A stretch of 64,000 nt of DNA, taken from an uncultured Verrucomicrobiae bacterium (GTDB lineage Bacteria; Verrucomicrobiota; Verrucomicrobiia; Limisphaerales; Palsa-1400). Both the position numbers and the translations under genes were made by a program. Position 1 is the first letter of the stretch. Every line of letters starts with the position of its first letter. The stretch lies in contig CAVPOM010000006.1 of NCBI GenBank assembly GCA_963707025.1, forward strand, positions 192,001-256,000, read 5' to 3'. This document shows, in pieces, positions 53,971-64,000 of this stretch. The notes under the pieces were generated by a model. The model saw nothing but the letters and a program-made list of their open reading frames with translations. It was not told the DNA's origin and searched no databases.

Positions 53971-55822
53971 ATTGCCCAACCACAAAAACCGGCGGGTGCT
54001 GGTCATTGATGACAATGAATCCATCCACGCTGACTTCCGCAAGATTCTCGCCCCCGCCTTCGCCACGGCGGCGGCTTTGCAGGCCGAGGAAGAGGCGGTG
54101 TTCGCACGACCCGCCGGGGCGGCGCCGCACGCCCAATTTGAAGTGGACTCGGCCTACCAAGGACAGGAAGGCGTGTTGCTGGTAAAAAAAGCGCTCCAAG
54201 CAGGGCGGCCTTACGCCCTGGCTTTTGTGGACGTGCGCATGCCCCCCGGCTGGGACGGTGTGGAAACCACGCAACGAATCTGGGCGGTTGATCCGGACAT
54301 CCAGATCGTCCACTGCACCGCCTATTCCGATTATTCCTGGGATGAAATATTTGAAAGGGTGGGCGATTGCGACGGGCTGGTCATCCTCAAAAAACCGTTC
54401 GACTCGGTGGAAGCCGTTCAATTGGCCCACGCCCTCACCGAGAAATGGTGCCTCCACCGGGAGTCCGGCTTCAAAATGGAAGAGCTGGAGAAAATCGTGC
54501 GGGAACGAACCGCGGCCGTGCAAAGTGCCAACGCCGAACTGGCCGCGGCCAACCGCAGGCTTTTGGAGGAGTCTCTACGCGCGCGGCAACTGGCGTTGGC
54601 CGCCACCGCCGGCGCCAAGGCCAAGAGCGAGTTCCTCGCCGTCATGAGCCACGAAATCCGCACCCCCATGAACGGCATCCTCGGCATGATTGACCTGTTG
54701 CTCGACACTGCACTGACGCCAGAACAGCGCCACTGCGCCGCCACTGTCCAGCAGAGCGCCCAAGCCTTGCTGGTCCTCCTGGATGACATTCTCGACTTCT
54801 CCAAAATCGAAGCCGGCAAGTTGAAACTCGAGTCCATTGATTTCAACCTGCCTCAGTTGGTGGAGATGGTTGTCGCGCTGCTGGCCGGGCGCGCGAAAAG
54901 CAAAGGCCTCAAACTTCTCTGGTCCATTGACCCGCAGACGCCCGTGTCCTTGCGCGGCGACCCCAACCGCCTGCGCCAGGTGCTGCTCAACCTCCTGAGC
55001 AACGCCATCAAATTCACCGAGCGCGGAGAAGTGGCCGTGGAGTTTTCCAGCCGCGGTCAGCCCGGCCAAACGCCTCTGCTCCATGGTTTGATCCGCGACA
55101 CCGGCATCGGATTATCCGAGGAGGCCCGGCAGAAACTGTTCCAGCCCTTCACTCAGGGGGATGCGTCCACCACCCGCCGGTTCGGCGGCACCGGGCTGGG
55201 CCTGGCCATTTGCCGCAAACTCGTGGCTTTGATGGGGGGAACCATGGGGGTCACCAGCGCCGAAGGCCAAGGTTCCACCTTCTGGTTTGACGTGCCTTTG
55301 CAAGAATCCCCGGCGGCGGACGGCCTCATCGCCCCAAGCCCCGCCGGGGCGCCGCCACAAAACAAGCCCGGCGGCGGCCCCTCCTTGCGGGTTCTTGTGG
55401 CCGAGGACAATTTGGTCAACCAACGGGTGGCCACCATGCAATTCCGCAAACTGGGCTGCGAAATCGAGGTCGCCGCCAACGGACGGGAGGCTTTGGCCGC
55501 CTGGCAACGCGGCGGACACGATATCATTTTCATGGATGGGCAGATGCCCGAAATGGACGGCCTGGAAACCACGCGCACAATTCGCGCCCTGGAGAAGAAG
55601 CAGTCGCTCAAGCCCATCCTGATCGTGGCCATGACCGCTTCCGCCATGCCCGAGGACCGCCAGGAGTGTTTGCGGGCTGGCATGGACCATTACTTGCCAA
55701 AGCCAGTGACGTTCGAGCAGATCAAGCAGTTGTTGCAATCCAATTTCCCCGGGCGCTTCAGCCAGAACGCCGGGGGCGCCCAAACAGCCGCCAGCCCTCT
55801 TGCGACCATGACCGCGACATGA
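53963..55822 (+). CDS. REC-HK-REC hybrid histidine kinase
   Basis: [10 protein letters not shown] receiver, [20 protein letters not shown]-terminal receiver. Confidence 0.92.
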   Translation: MHKLPNHKNRRVLVIDDNESIHADFRKILAPAFATAAALQAEEEAVFARPAGAAPHAQFEVDSAYQGQEGVLLVKKALQAGRPYALAFVDVRMPPGWDGVETTQRIWAVDPDIQIVHCTAYSDYSWDEIFERVGDCDGLVILKKPFDSVEAVQLAHALTEKWCLHRESGFKMEELEKIVRERTAAVQSANAELAAANRRLLEESLRARQLALAATAGAKAKSEFLAVMSHEIRTPMNGILGMIDLLLDTALTPEQRHCAATVQQSAQALLVLLDDILDFSKIEAGKLKLESIDFNLPQLVEMVVALLAGRAKSKGLKLLWSIDPQTPVSLRGDPNRLRQVLLNLLSNAIKFTERGEVAVEFSSRGQPGQTPLLHGLIRDTGIGLSEEARQKLFQPFTQGDASTTRRFGGTGLGLAICRKLVALMGGTMGVTSAEGQGSTFWFDVPLQESPAADGLIAPSPAGAPPQNKPGGGPSLRVLVAEDNLVNQRVATMQFRKLGCEIEVAANGREALAAWQRGGHDIIFMDGQMPEMDGLETTRTIRALEKKQSLKPILIVAMTASAMPEDRQECLRAGMDHYLPKPVTFEQIKQLLQSNFPGRFSQNAGGAQTAASPLATMTAT

Positions 55823-57983
55823 CTAATTTGAACCACGACAAAAACCGGCGGCTGCTGGTCATTGATGACAATCGCGCCATCCACAACGATTTCCGCAAAA
55901 TCCTGTCTCCCGCCACCGCCACCTCCGCCGCCCTGGACGCCACGGAACCGGCCGTGTTCGGATGTCCCGCCGACGCCGTGGCGCATGCTCCGTTTGAAGT
56001 GGACGCGGCCTGTCAAGGACAGGAAGGCGTGTCGCTGGCAAAAGAAGCGCTCAAAGCCGGGCGGCCTTACGCCCTGGCTTTTGTGGACGTGCGCATGCCC
56101 CCCGGCTGGGACGGCGTCGAAACCACCCAAAAACTTTGGGAGGTGGATCCCTGCCTCCAGGTAGTTCTCTGCACCGCCTACTCCGATTATTCATGGGACA
56201 AGATGTTCGAATTGTTCGGTCCACGCGATGATTTGCTCATTCTCAAAAAGCCCTTTGACGCCGTGGAAGCCCTCCAATTGGCCCAGGCGCTCACGGAAAA
56301 ATGGTGGTTGCACCAACAGTTCCTGCAGAAAATGGATGCGTTGGAGGGCCGCGTCGCCGAGCGCACCCGCGCCTTGCAGCAGGCCAACCGCGCCCTCCAG
56401 GCCGAAGTCTTCGAACACACCCGGGCGGAGGACCAGTTGCGCTTGAAGACCGCCTTCCTTGAGGCCATGGTCAATAGCTCCGCGCTCGGGGTTTTGGTCG
56501 TGGATCAGGAGGGCAGGAAGTCCCTGCAAAACCAGTGCTTTGTTGACTTGTTCAAAATCCCCCGGCACATCGCCGAGGAGCCGCCGGCCAGAGCCGCATC
56601 CGTTGGGTCGCCGACCTGACCACAGATCCGGGGCAGTTCGTCAAAAAGGTCTGCCATCTTTATGCCCATCGCGATGAGAACAGCCGCGATGAGTTGGAGC
56701 TTAAGAACGGGACGATCCTGGAACGATATTCTTCCCCTGTCGTTGGCAACGACGGAACCTACTACGGCCGCGCCTGGACCTTCCGCGACATCACCGGGCG
56801 CAAACGCTTCGAGGCGCATTTGATGCAGTCGCAAAGATTGGAAACCGTCGGCAGATTGGCCGGCGGCATCGCCCACGAGTTCAACAGCATCCTTACCGCC
56901 ATCCTCGGCCAGAGTGAATTACTCCGCGCCGGTCTGCCGGCGGAAAATCCATTGGCCAAAAGCGCCGCCGAAATCGGCCAGGCCGCCGCTCGTGCCGCCA
57001 CCCTCACCCGCCAACTCCTGGCCTACGGCCGCAAGCAAATTCTCCGGCCGGAAATCCTCAATCTAAACCATGTTTTGGGGAGGATGCAGGACATCCTTCA
57101 CCATATCACCGGCGATGATGTGGAAACGCTGATCGTGCCCGACCCGGGCCTGCACCCCGTCAAGGCGGACTCCGGCCAGATCGAACAGGTCATCCTGGAC
57201 ATGGTCGCCAACGCGCGCGACGCCATGCCGCACGGCGGCAAACTCACGCTCGCAACCGCCAACATTTCGCTCGCACAGGACAGTGTCAACGGTCATCCGG
57301 AGTTGAAGCCCGGCGACTATGTCATGCTCGCCATCACGGACACGGGCGCAGGCATGAGCGAGAAAGTAAAAGCGCGCTTGTTCGAGCCATTCTTCACCAC
57401 CAAGCAAGTCGGCAAGGGCATCGGCCTGGGATTGTCCACCTGTTACGGCATCATCAAACAAAGCGGCGGCCACATCAGCGCCTCCAGTCAAATCGGCCGG
57501 GGCGCCACCTTCACAATTTACCTCCCCAGACTGCCGGAGGAGAAAAAGCCCCCCGTTGCGCCCCTCCACACACCCGCTTTGCCGCGCGGGACAGAAACCA
57601 TTCTGCTGGTGGAAGACGACCCCGCCTTGCGCGAAATGGCCGCCACCTTGCTCCGGCGCCTCGGCTACACCGTCTGGCCCGCCGCTGACAGCCTGGAAGC
57701 CCTGCACCTGACCCGCCAGCCCGCCAGCGGCCACATTGATCTCCTGTTCACCGACGTTGCCATGCCCGACATGACCGGCACGGAATTGTCCGGCCGCATT
57801 CGCGCCTTGTCGCCCCACACCAAAATCCTCTTCGCCTCCGCCTACCCCGAAACGGCTGTCGCCGATCAAAACGTGTTAAAACCCGGCATCATCCTCCTGC
57901 AAAAGCCCTTTACCCCCTCTTCCCTGGCCAAAAAAGTCCGCCAAGTCCTCGACCAAACCTCGCGCCCTCCGCCGGCGCGATGA
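55819..57983 (+). CDS. REC-PAS-HK-REC hybrid kinase, frameshift near 56585
   Basis: ATG at 55819 overlapping the upstream stop; receiver, [12 protein letters not shown]-terminal receiver. Confidence 0.85.
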
Positions 57984-58277
57984 GGTTCCCCACGGCCTCA
58001 ACGGAAATCAAAGGGACCATCTCCCGCGGCGCGCGCCCGGCGCGTCGGGCCGCCCCGGACCGGGGCCTTGCCCCTCGCACGCGCTTTTCTCCACTTTTTT
58101 GTCCTGTTCCAGCCTGCGGCGGACATACATAATAGACGGTAGTGCGGCTTGGAAAGCAGCCGCCACCGGTTTTCGTTTTCTCCGCCGCCCCGGGCGCGGA
58201 CCGCCTGGCCCCTGGTTTGCAACCAGTCGGCTGGCGCGGGGTTGGAAAAGGATGCGCCGGTAATAATTGAGTAACAA

Positions 58278-59231
58278 ATGCGCCTTAAGTTTTTGCCTGT
58301 GAAATTCAAATCAGACCCGCCCGGCGCCGTGAAAAGGAGGCCCGGCCAGCCCGCCGCGTTCACCCTGATAGAGCTGCTGGTCGTCATCGCCATCATCTCG
58401 ATTCTGGCCGCCTTGTTGTTGCCTGTTTTGTCCGTAGCCAAAGCCAAAGCGCAAGGCGCCGCTTGCTTGAGCAACGGCAAGGAAATGATGGTGGCCATGT
58501 TCCTTTACACCGATGACAACCACGATTTCTTTCCCCCCAACCCGGACGACGGCAACACCATCCCCGGTTACAACTGGTGTCCGGGACAGGCGGGCATTGG
58601 CCAGCCGCAAGAATTTGATCCCGACGTGCTGGCCGACCAGTCGCGCTCGTTGCTCATCGCGTATCTGTCGGGGAATGTAAAGTTGTTTCGCTGCCCTTCC
58701 GACCGCCGCCAGGGGTTATATCAGGGGACCAACCCCGAGCTCTTCGGCAAGACGGTCCCGGCGGCGCGCACTTTTTCCATGAGCCAGGCCGTGGGGACGA
58801 TTGATCCCGGTTTCGACGCCGGACTTCCCCACTCCGGCGTCCCGACCCTTTCGGTCAACGGCCCGTGGCTGAACAACCTGCACAACCACCGGCGCGATTC
58901 CCCCTGGCACACCTATGGCAAAGCCTCCGCCATCGTCGCTCCAGGACCGTCCATGCTCTGGATTCTGGTGGACGAGGATCCCAGCGGATTGAACGACGCG
59001 GCTTTTGCCTTCGGCATGGAAACTCCGGGCATGATCTTTCCCGAACCACAATGGTTCGATGCGCCGGGCTACTACCACAACGCCGGCTGCGGCTTTTCCT
59101 TTGGCGACGGCCATTCCGAAACCCACCGCTGGCTCGGCCCCACTCCAAAAGGACATGCCGGCGCCGACATCACCGATCCCAAAGACAAACTGGACTGGCA
59201 ATGGATGCAACAACGCACCTCATCGAAGTAA
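58278..59231 (+). CDS. prepilin-type N-terminal cleavage/methylation protein (H-X9-DG C-terminus)
   Basis: AFTLIELLVVIAII; YHNAGCGFSFGDGH. Confidence 0.9.
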   Translation: MRLKFLPVKFKSDPPGAVKRRPGQPAAFTLIELLVVIAIISILAALLLPVLSVAKAKAQGAACLSNGKEMMVAMFLYTDDNHDFFPPNPDDGNTIPGYNWCPGQAGIGQPQEFDPDVLADQSRSLLIAYLSGNVKLFRCPSDRRQGLYQGTNPELFGKTVPAARTFSMSQAVGTIDPGFDAGLPHSGVPTLSVNGPWLNNLHNHRRDSPWHTYGKASAIVAPGPSMLWILVDEDPSGLNDAAFAFGMETPGMIFPEPQWFDAPGYYHNAGCGFSFGDGHSETHRWLGPTPKGHAGADITDPKDKLDWQWMQQRTSSK

Positions 59232-59264
59232 TTAACATGCCTGACAGTTTGCGGGCTGGCTTGC

Positions 59265-60632
59265 TCACTTCGCCTTGGCGATTTGCACGGCGTACACTTG
59301 CACGGGGCCGAACATGTTGGAGCGGAAGACGACCCACTTGCCGTCGGGAGTGATGCTGACGTTGGGCTCGATGCCGCCCGCGGCCCCGGTCACATAATTG
59401 TGCTTGCTCATGTTCACCAGACGCTCGCGCTGCATCGTGCCGTTGGGTTGCGGGCGGAACAGGTTGATCCATTGGCCGTCCTTGGCGAAGGCCACCTGGC
59501 CGGGATCGCCGCCGTCGCCGGCGAAAAGTTTGCCGTCGCGGGAAATGTTGTAATGGATGGACCACCAGTCGCGCTCCAGTTTGTAGCGGATTTCCTGCCC
59601 GGTTTTAATGTTGACACCCGCCAGCCAGAACTCCTGGCTCCGCGGCGTTTGCAAATCGAACCAGATCGTCCTGCCGTCGTGGCTCCAGAACTCGTGCCCG
59701 GCGATTTCCATGTCCATCGCGCGGGCATGCATGAGGCGCTGGGCGCTGCCGTCGGCCCGGATGGTCCAGATGCGGTCCACCTCGTGCCAGGTGCCCTCAT
59801 GGCAGTAAAGCAAAAGATTCGGGTCGGTGGGCGAGAACTGGGGGTGGTTGAGCCAGGCGTATTGGAAGCCGTTGGTCACCGCCTGGCCGGTTTTGATCGA
59901 GGTGAAGACAAAGGCCATGCTGCGCGGATTGTTCAGTTGCCGGGAAAGGCCGTCCTCCTTGCGCGCCGCCAGTTCCTCTTCCGGCGTCAAGGCGACGCCG
60001 GCCTTGATCTTGTCGGCAAACATGCGTTCCCGCTGCGGCGGCATGGCCCGGCGCGGCGGCGCGGTGTTCGTGCCGGCAGGATCGGTCGCGTTGATGATGC
60101 GCAGGATGAGGGTTTCATCGCAGTTGATGGCGGCGGGGCGGCCGGCGATGATCTCGCGCACGGCATGGGTGTCAATGTTGGCGGCGCACAATTGGCCGTT
60201 GCGCATGAAATAGACGTCGCGGGTTGTGCGGGCCGCTTCCAGCGCCCGCCCGTTGGTCACGACGATTTCCACCCGGGGCGGCTTGGTTCCCAGGGCGGTG
60301 ATGTCCACGGCGGCGACGCCCGCGGGCGTGTCAAATACCAGCTTGTCGCCCTTCGGGGTGTAGGCGTTGATGTTAAAATAAAAGCTCGAACTGCGCGGCG
60401 CGGTGGAGAGCCGGATGACGCGGTGTCCGGTGTCCGGATCAACCCAGTCCACCCCAGGGACATCCGGGTGGGTTGGCGGGGCGGTGGCGCATCCCATTGG
60501 CCCCAGCAGCGCCAGCCAGAGAAGGCAAAAAAGGGAATGGCGCAGATGGCGGGTTCGGCGTGGCGCGGGCGCGGCCGGGCGCGCACGAAGCGCGTGTCCT
60601 GCCACCCAAGATTGAGCTGCCACGGCTCTCAT
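59265..60632 (-). CDS. ogl: oligogalacturonate lyase (PL22) family protein
   Basis: DPDTGHRVIRLS, HPQFSP, CHEG, GHEFW, WSIH. Confidence 0.85.
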   Translation of the reverse strand: MRAVAAQSWVAGHALRARPAAPAPRRTRHLRHSLFCLLWLALLGPMGCATAPPTHPDVPGVDWVDPDTGHRVIRLSTAPRSSSFYFNINAYTPKGDKLVFDTPAGVAAVDITALGTKPPRVEIVVTNGRALEAARTTRDVYFMRNGQLCAANIDTHAVREIIAGRPAAINCDETLILRIINATDPAGTNTAPPRRAMPPQRERMFADKIKAGVALTPEEELAARKEDGLSRQLNNPRSMAFVFTSIKTGQAVTNGFQYAWLNHPQFSPTDPNLLLYCHEGTWHEVDRIWTIRADGSAQRLMHARAMDMEIAGHEFWSHDGRTIWFDLQTPRSQEFWLAGVNIKTGQEIRYKLERDWWSIHYNISRDGKLFAGDGGDPGQVAFAKDGQWINLFRPQPNGTMQRERLVNMSKHNYVTGAAGGIEPNVSITPDGKWVVFRSNMFGPVQVYAVQIAKAK

Positions 60633-62022
60633 TTGACGGGGGCGGCCGGCGCTGGCCGGCCAAAATGGACGGCATCGTCGTGGAAGCCCGCGCCGGCCCC
60701 GCGCCGCGGCGCAACTGGATCATCTCCGCCCCGGCCATCAGCACCGGGCCATAGCCGTGCGCCGCATAGACGCTGGTCGGACGGCAGGCGTACCACATCG
60801 GGTCCCAGGCCAGCCCCGTGCCGATGCAAGTGCCCTCCACCTGGCCGCGCGCGTTGACTTTTTGCGCCAGCGCGTTCCAGCCCAGCGAGACCATCGGCCC
60901 GTAGGCGTTGCCGTCAATCCAGCCGCGGTTGATGGCGCGGGCCACGGCGAAGACAAACATGGCGCTGGCGCTGGTTTCCTCGTAAGTCTCCGGGCGGTCC
61001 AGCAATTGATGCCAAAGGCCGTTTTTTCCCTGCGTTTCCTGCAACCCGCGGATGTGCTCCCGCAACAGGGCCAGGGCCGGCGCGAACCCCGGATGATTCC
61101 TGGGCAGCACGGACAGCAGTTCCACCTCGGCCATCGCCGCCCAGCCATTGGCGCGCCCCCAGTAGAAATGCGGATGCTGTTGCATCCCTTCCACCAGCCC
61201 GTGCATGTAAAGGCCCTTTTCCTTGACAAACAGGATTTTGGAAAATTGCAAAACTTGCCTGGCCGCGTCATCAAAATACTTCCGCTGGCCGGTCAGGCGC
61301 CCCATCTGGGCCAGCGCCGGCACGCTCATATAATCGTCGTCCAGCCACACGCTGTCCGGCATGGGCCGGTCGCGCGCCAGCGTGCCGTCGGGCAGCCGCT
61401 TTTGTTTGGACCTGATGTAGTTAAGGCCAATGTCAATCAGCGGCCGGAAATCCCCGCCCACCCCGGCCTGGTGCGCTTTGAGCAGGGCCGCCGACATCGC
61501 CCCGCAATCATCCAGCGCGGCCGGTTCGAGCAAGTGTTGCAACGGATTGGGCTGGCCCCGTTCCGCCGCGGGCGTGGCTTGAATATGTTGGGCGATCAAG
61601 CGCAACGCATCCAGACGTTTCGCCGCAAACTCCTTGAACCGCGCGTCCCCCGTCGCCTCCCCGGCCAGCAGCATCCCCGCGTAAGTGACCCCCCATTCGT
61701 AGCTGACGAGCAGAAAGTCACCCGGCACGATCGTCACCCGTTTAGGAAGCTGGGTCAGATCGCTCACCCGCTCCTGCGTATCCGCGTTGACCACCTGGAT
61801 TGGGCTGGCCGTGTCCAGATAATCCACCACCCGTCCCAGCACCGCCGTAATCTGCGCCACCGATGCCGGAGCATAAGGGATGGGATAATCGGGTTGGAGC
61901 CTCCTGACAAAATCCACTCCATGATCGGCGGATGCGCCCGGTTGGGCCTGCGCCGGCCACCCGGCGCACCACAACACGGCGATCACCCATGTTATTGCAC
62001 AATAAAACGGGCTAGCTTTCAT
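60629..62022 (-). CDS. GH105 glycoside hydrolase, probable frameshift near 60690
   Basis: YEWGV, LDDCG, WLDDDYM, WGRANGW, ETSAS, HGYGP; the alternate frame ends at a TGA overlapping the ogl ATG. Confidence 0.88.
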
Positions 62023-62173
62023 TGCTTCTCAGATCCAGGCACACCATCAAAACAGAGCACAACAGGTTTTTCAATTCGCAACATCCGCGGTGCCACGCCA
62101 GCGTGGCAAGACGGCGGCGCTCCGGCTATCGCCAGTTCTGGCGATGAGGGATGGACGGGGTGGGGTGATGGGA

Positions 62174-62252
62174 AATCCTAATCTTAATCTTAATCCTAAT
62201 CTTTATCCTTCTTCGGCCATGGATGAAGGAGATTAAGATTAAGATTAGGATT
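62174..62252. repeat. perfect 22-bp inverted repeat of 6-mer units (AATCTT)
   Basis: AATCCTAATCTTAATCTTAATC at 62174-62195 and its complement at 62231-62252. Confidence 0.93.
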
Positions 62253-62325
62253 CGGAGGGGAGGGGATGCCACAAAGCCTGGCCGCTTCCATTTGACCGGG
62301 GCCGGGATTAAGACACAATCCACCT

Positions 62326-64000
62326 ATGCAGCTTACAGAGAATCTGCTCCGCGAGGCCGCCGGTTGGGAGGTGATGAAGCGGGCGCGCTTTCTCCTGGAA
62401 CAAGGCCGGGTGCTCAGTTCGTTTTGGGACCCGCCGTTGCTGCGCGGGGTGGTGCAGGATGGCGAAGTTTCCTTCCGCGCTTCCATGGCGATCAATAGCA
62501 GTATTGACATTGAAAACCTCTGCACCTGCCGCGAAGCGCGCGCGTGGGGAAAAATTTGCGCGCATGGCGTCGCCGTCGGGCTGCACTGGTTGCAGGGGCA
62601 AAAACCGGGCGCCGCTCCGGTCTTGCAGACGCCGGCGCCAAGCCCAACTCCGCCGTCCGGCCAGAATTCCGCGCTGCAGCGTGACGCGGCCGGCGAGCCG
62701 GCCGCCTTGCATATCGTTCTCCCGCCCAAATTCGACCAGGCCATCCTTCGCGGCAGAGTCATGCTCGTGCTGGAAGCCCAATGGAGCGGAGGACGCTGCC
62801 CGCTCAACGCCCTGCCCAAGGGACTCGCCTATGCCTTCCCGCCGGCCGATACGGCGATTATTGACAAGCTCGAAATGCTGGCCGGCGGCGAGACGCCCGC
62901 CCTCCTGCAAATGGAGATGAAGGATTTTGCCTCGTTGCTCCCGGCGCTGGCCGGACACCCCAACATCACCCTGGGCAAAACCAGCGCCGTCACGGTCACC
63001 ACAACGCCGCTGCAACTGCCGCTCCGCGCGACGCTGGAGGCCGGCGGCGAAATTGTCCTTGCCTTGACGGACACGACCGAGCCGCTGGTCAGGATCGGGG
63101 ATTGGGTTTGGCGGAAACAGACCTTCCAGCCGCTCGCTTTGCCGCCGGCGCTGGCCCAGGTGTTGCGCGCGCCGGTCCGCCTGCCGCGCCCGCAAGTGCC
63201 GCAGTTCCTGAGCCGGGATTGGCCGCGGTTGCAGGCGGCGGGCGCCGTGCAGGCGAATTTCAAACTGGAGGATTTCACCCTCGAGCCGCAAGCGCCGCGT
63301 TTCCTGCTGGATCTCAAGGGCGGCCTGGCCCAACTGGGCGCGCTGCTGCAATGCGCCTACGGTCCCCGCATCATGACCGTGGGCGCCACCGCGGCGGCGG
63401 AAGGCGACTGGCTGCCGGATCCCGATGCGCCGACGCGCTACTCCACGCGCGATCTCGCCGCCGAGAGCGCCGCCCTGGCCCGCTTGCATCGCAGCGGCTT
63501 TGCCGGACCGGACGGGCAAGGCCGGCTGCAATTGACCGGGCAAAACGCGGTGTTGAATTTCTTCGCGCGCGAATTTCCCAAACTGCAACGGGACTGGAGC
63601 GTGACTTTGGAGGAACGGCTGGAACGCAGCGCGGCGCAGAATATCGAGCGCGTCCAGCCGCAGTTTCGCATCACCTCGGGTTTGCAATGGTTTGATCTCG
63701 GCGTGGTCTTCGCGGCGGCCGGCGGAGAAACATTTGCGGCGGCGGACATTCAGCGCCTGCTCCTCTCGGGGCAGAGCCACACCCGGCTGAAAAATGGCAA
63801 ATGGGCTGTGCTTGACACCGGCGCGGTGGAGGAATTGCAGGAGGTGCTGCTGGACTGCGCGCCGCGGCAGCAGGAGCAGGGCTAGCGCATCAGCAACACC
63901 CAGGCCGGCTTTCTGGAGGCCACTTTGCGCCAGCACGCCGATTGGCCGGTCCAGGCGCCCCCGGCCTGGCGCGAGCGCGCGGCCCGGCAGAGCGGCCAGG
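62326..64000 (+). CDS. SWIM zinc finger / SNF2-associated helicase N-terminus (3' partial, in-frame TAG at 63883)
   Basis: CTC...ICAH SWIM motif, WFDL; the frame stays open after the TAG to the window end; helicase core is not in the window. Confidence 0.75.

Noticed and set aside
46080..56320. Diversity-generating retroelement TR/VR pairs among the duplicated PAS and receiver segments
   Set aside because: No reverse transcriptase is present, both copies are coding, and the differences do not look adenine-specific.
12421..63885. Amber (TAG) recoding suggested by in-frame TAGs in higB and the SNF2 gene
   Set aside because: gyrA, the ABC permease and the DUF6600-like gene end normally at TAG, and the other long genes have no internal TAG; mutation or sequencing error is more likely.

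Overview
GC-rich bacterial chromosome segment. Gene style (prepilin-type H-X9-DG protein, GH105/PL22/BNR-4 enzymes, many REP-like palindromes) suggests a Verrucomicrobiota (Pedosphaera/Limisphaerales-like) genome, but this is inference. Contents in order: an IS3 element truncating a KAP NTPase gene; gyrB-gyrA with a zeta-like ATPase/small-protein pair inserted between them; a pentose/pentitol cluster (Zn dehydrogenase, araB, araD, galM, SSS transporter) interrupted by a toxin-antitoxin (TA) island; MerR, Uma2 and a polar amino-acid ABC transporter; GH2 and BNR-4 proteins; a trehalose locus that reads as an OtsA-OtsB-TreS(-Mak) fusion; mutS followed by a second TA island with an IS630 and an attC-bearing gene cassette; kduD/kduI, two GH105 genes and a PL22 lyase; a six-gene two-component cluster; and the start of a SWIM-SNF2 helicase. 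The most interesting unexplained structure is a family of roughly 100-300 bp 'tail' repeats ending in CTTGAYCC/TGACCCC. These follow or flank the TA modules in both islands and occur with a captured attC cassette and self-nested 30-bp GTAG palindromes, suggesting a non-autonomous cassette-shuffling system. About seven frameshifts and two nonsense codons in ordinary genes point to an error-prone (probably long-read) assembly, so fusions and pseudogene calls need read-level checks.
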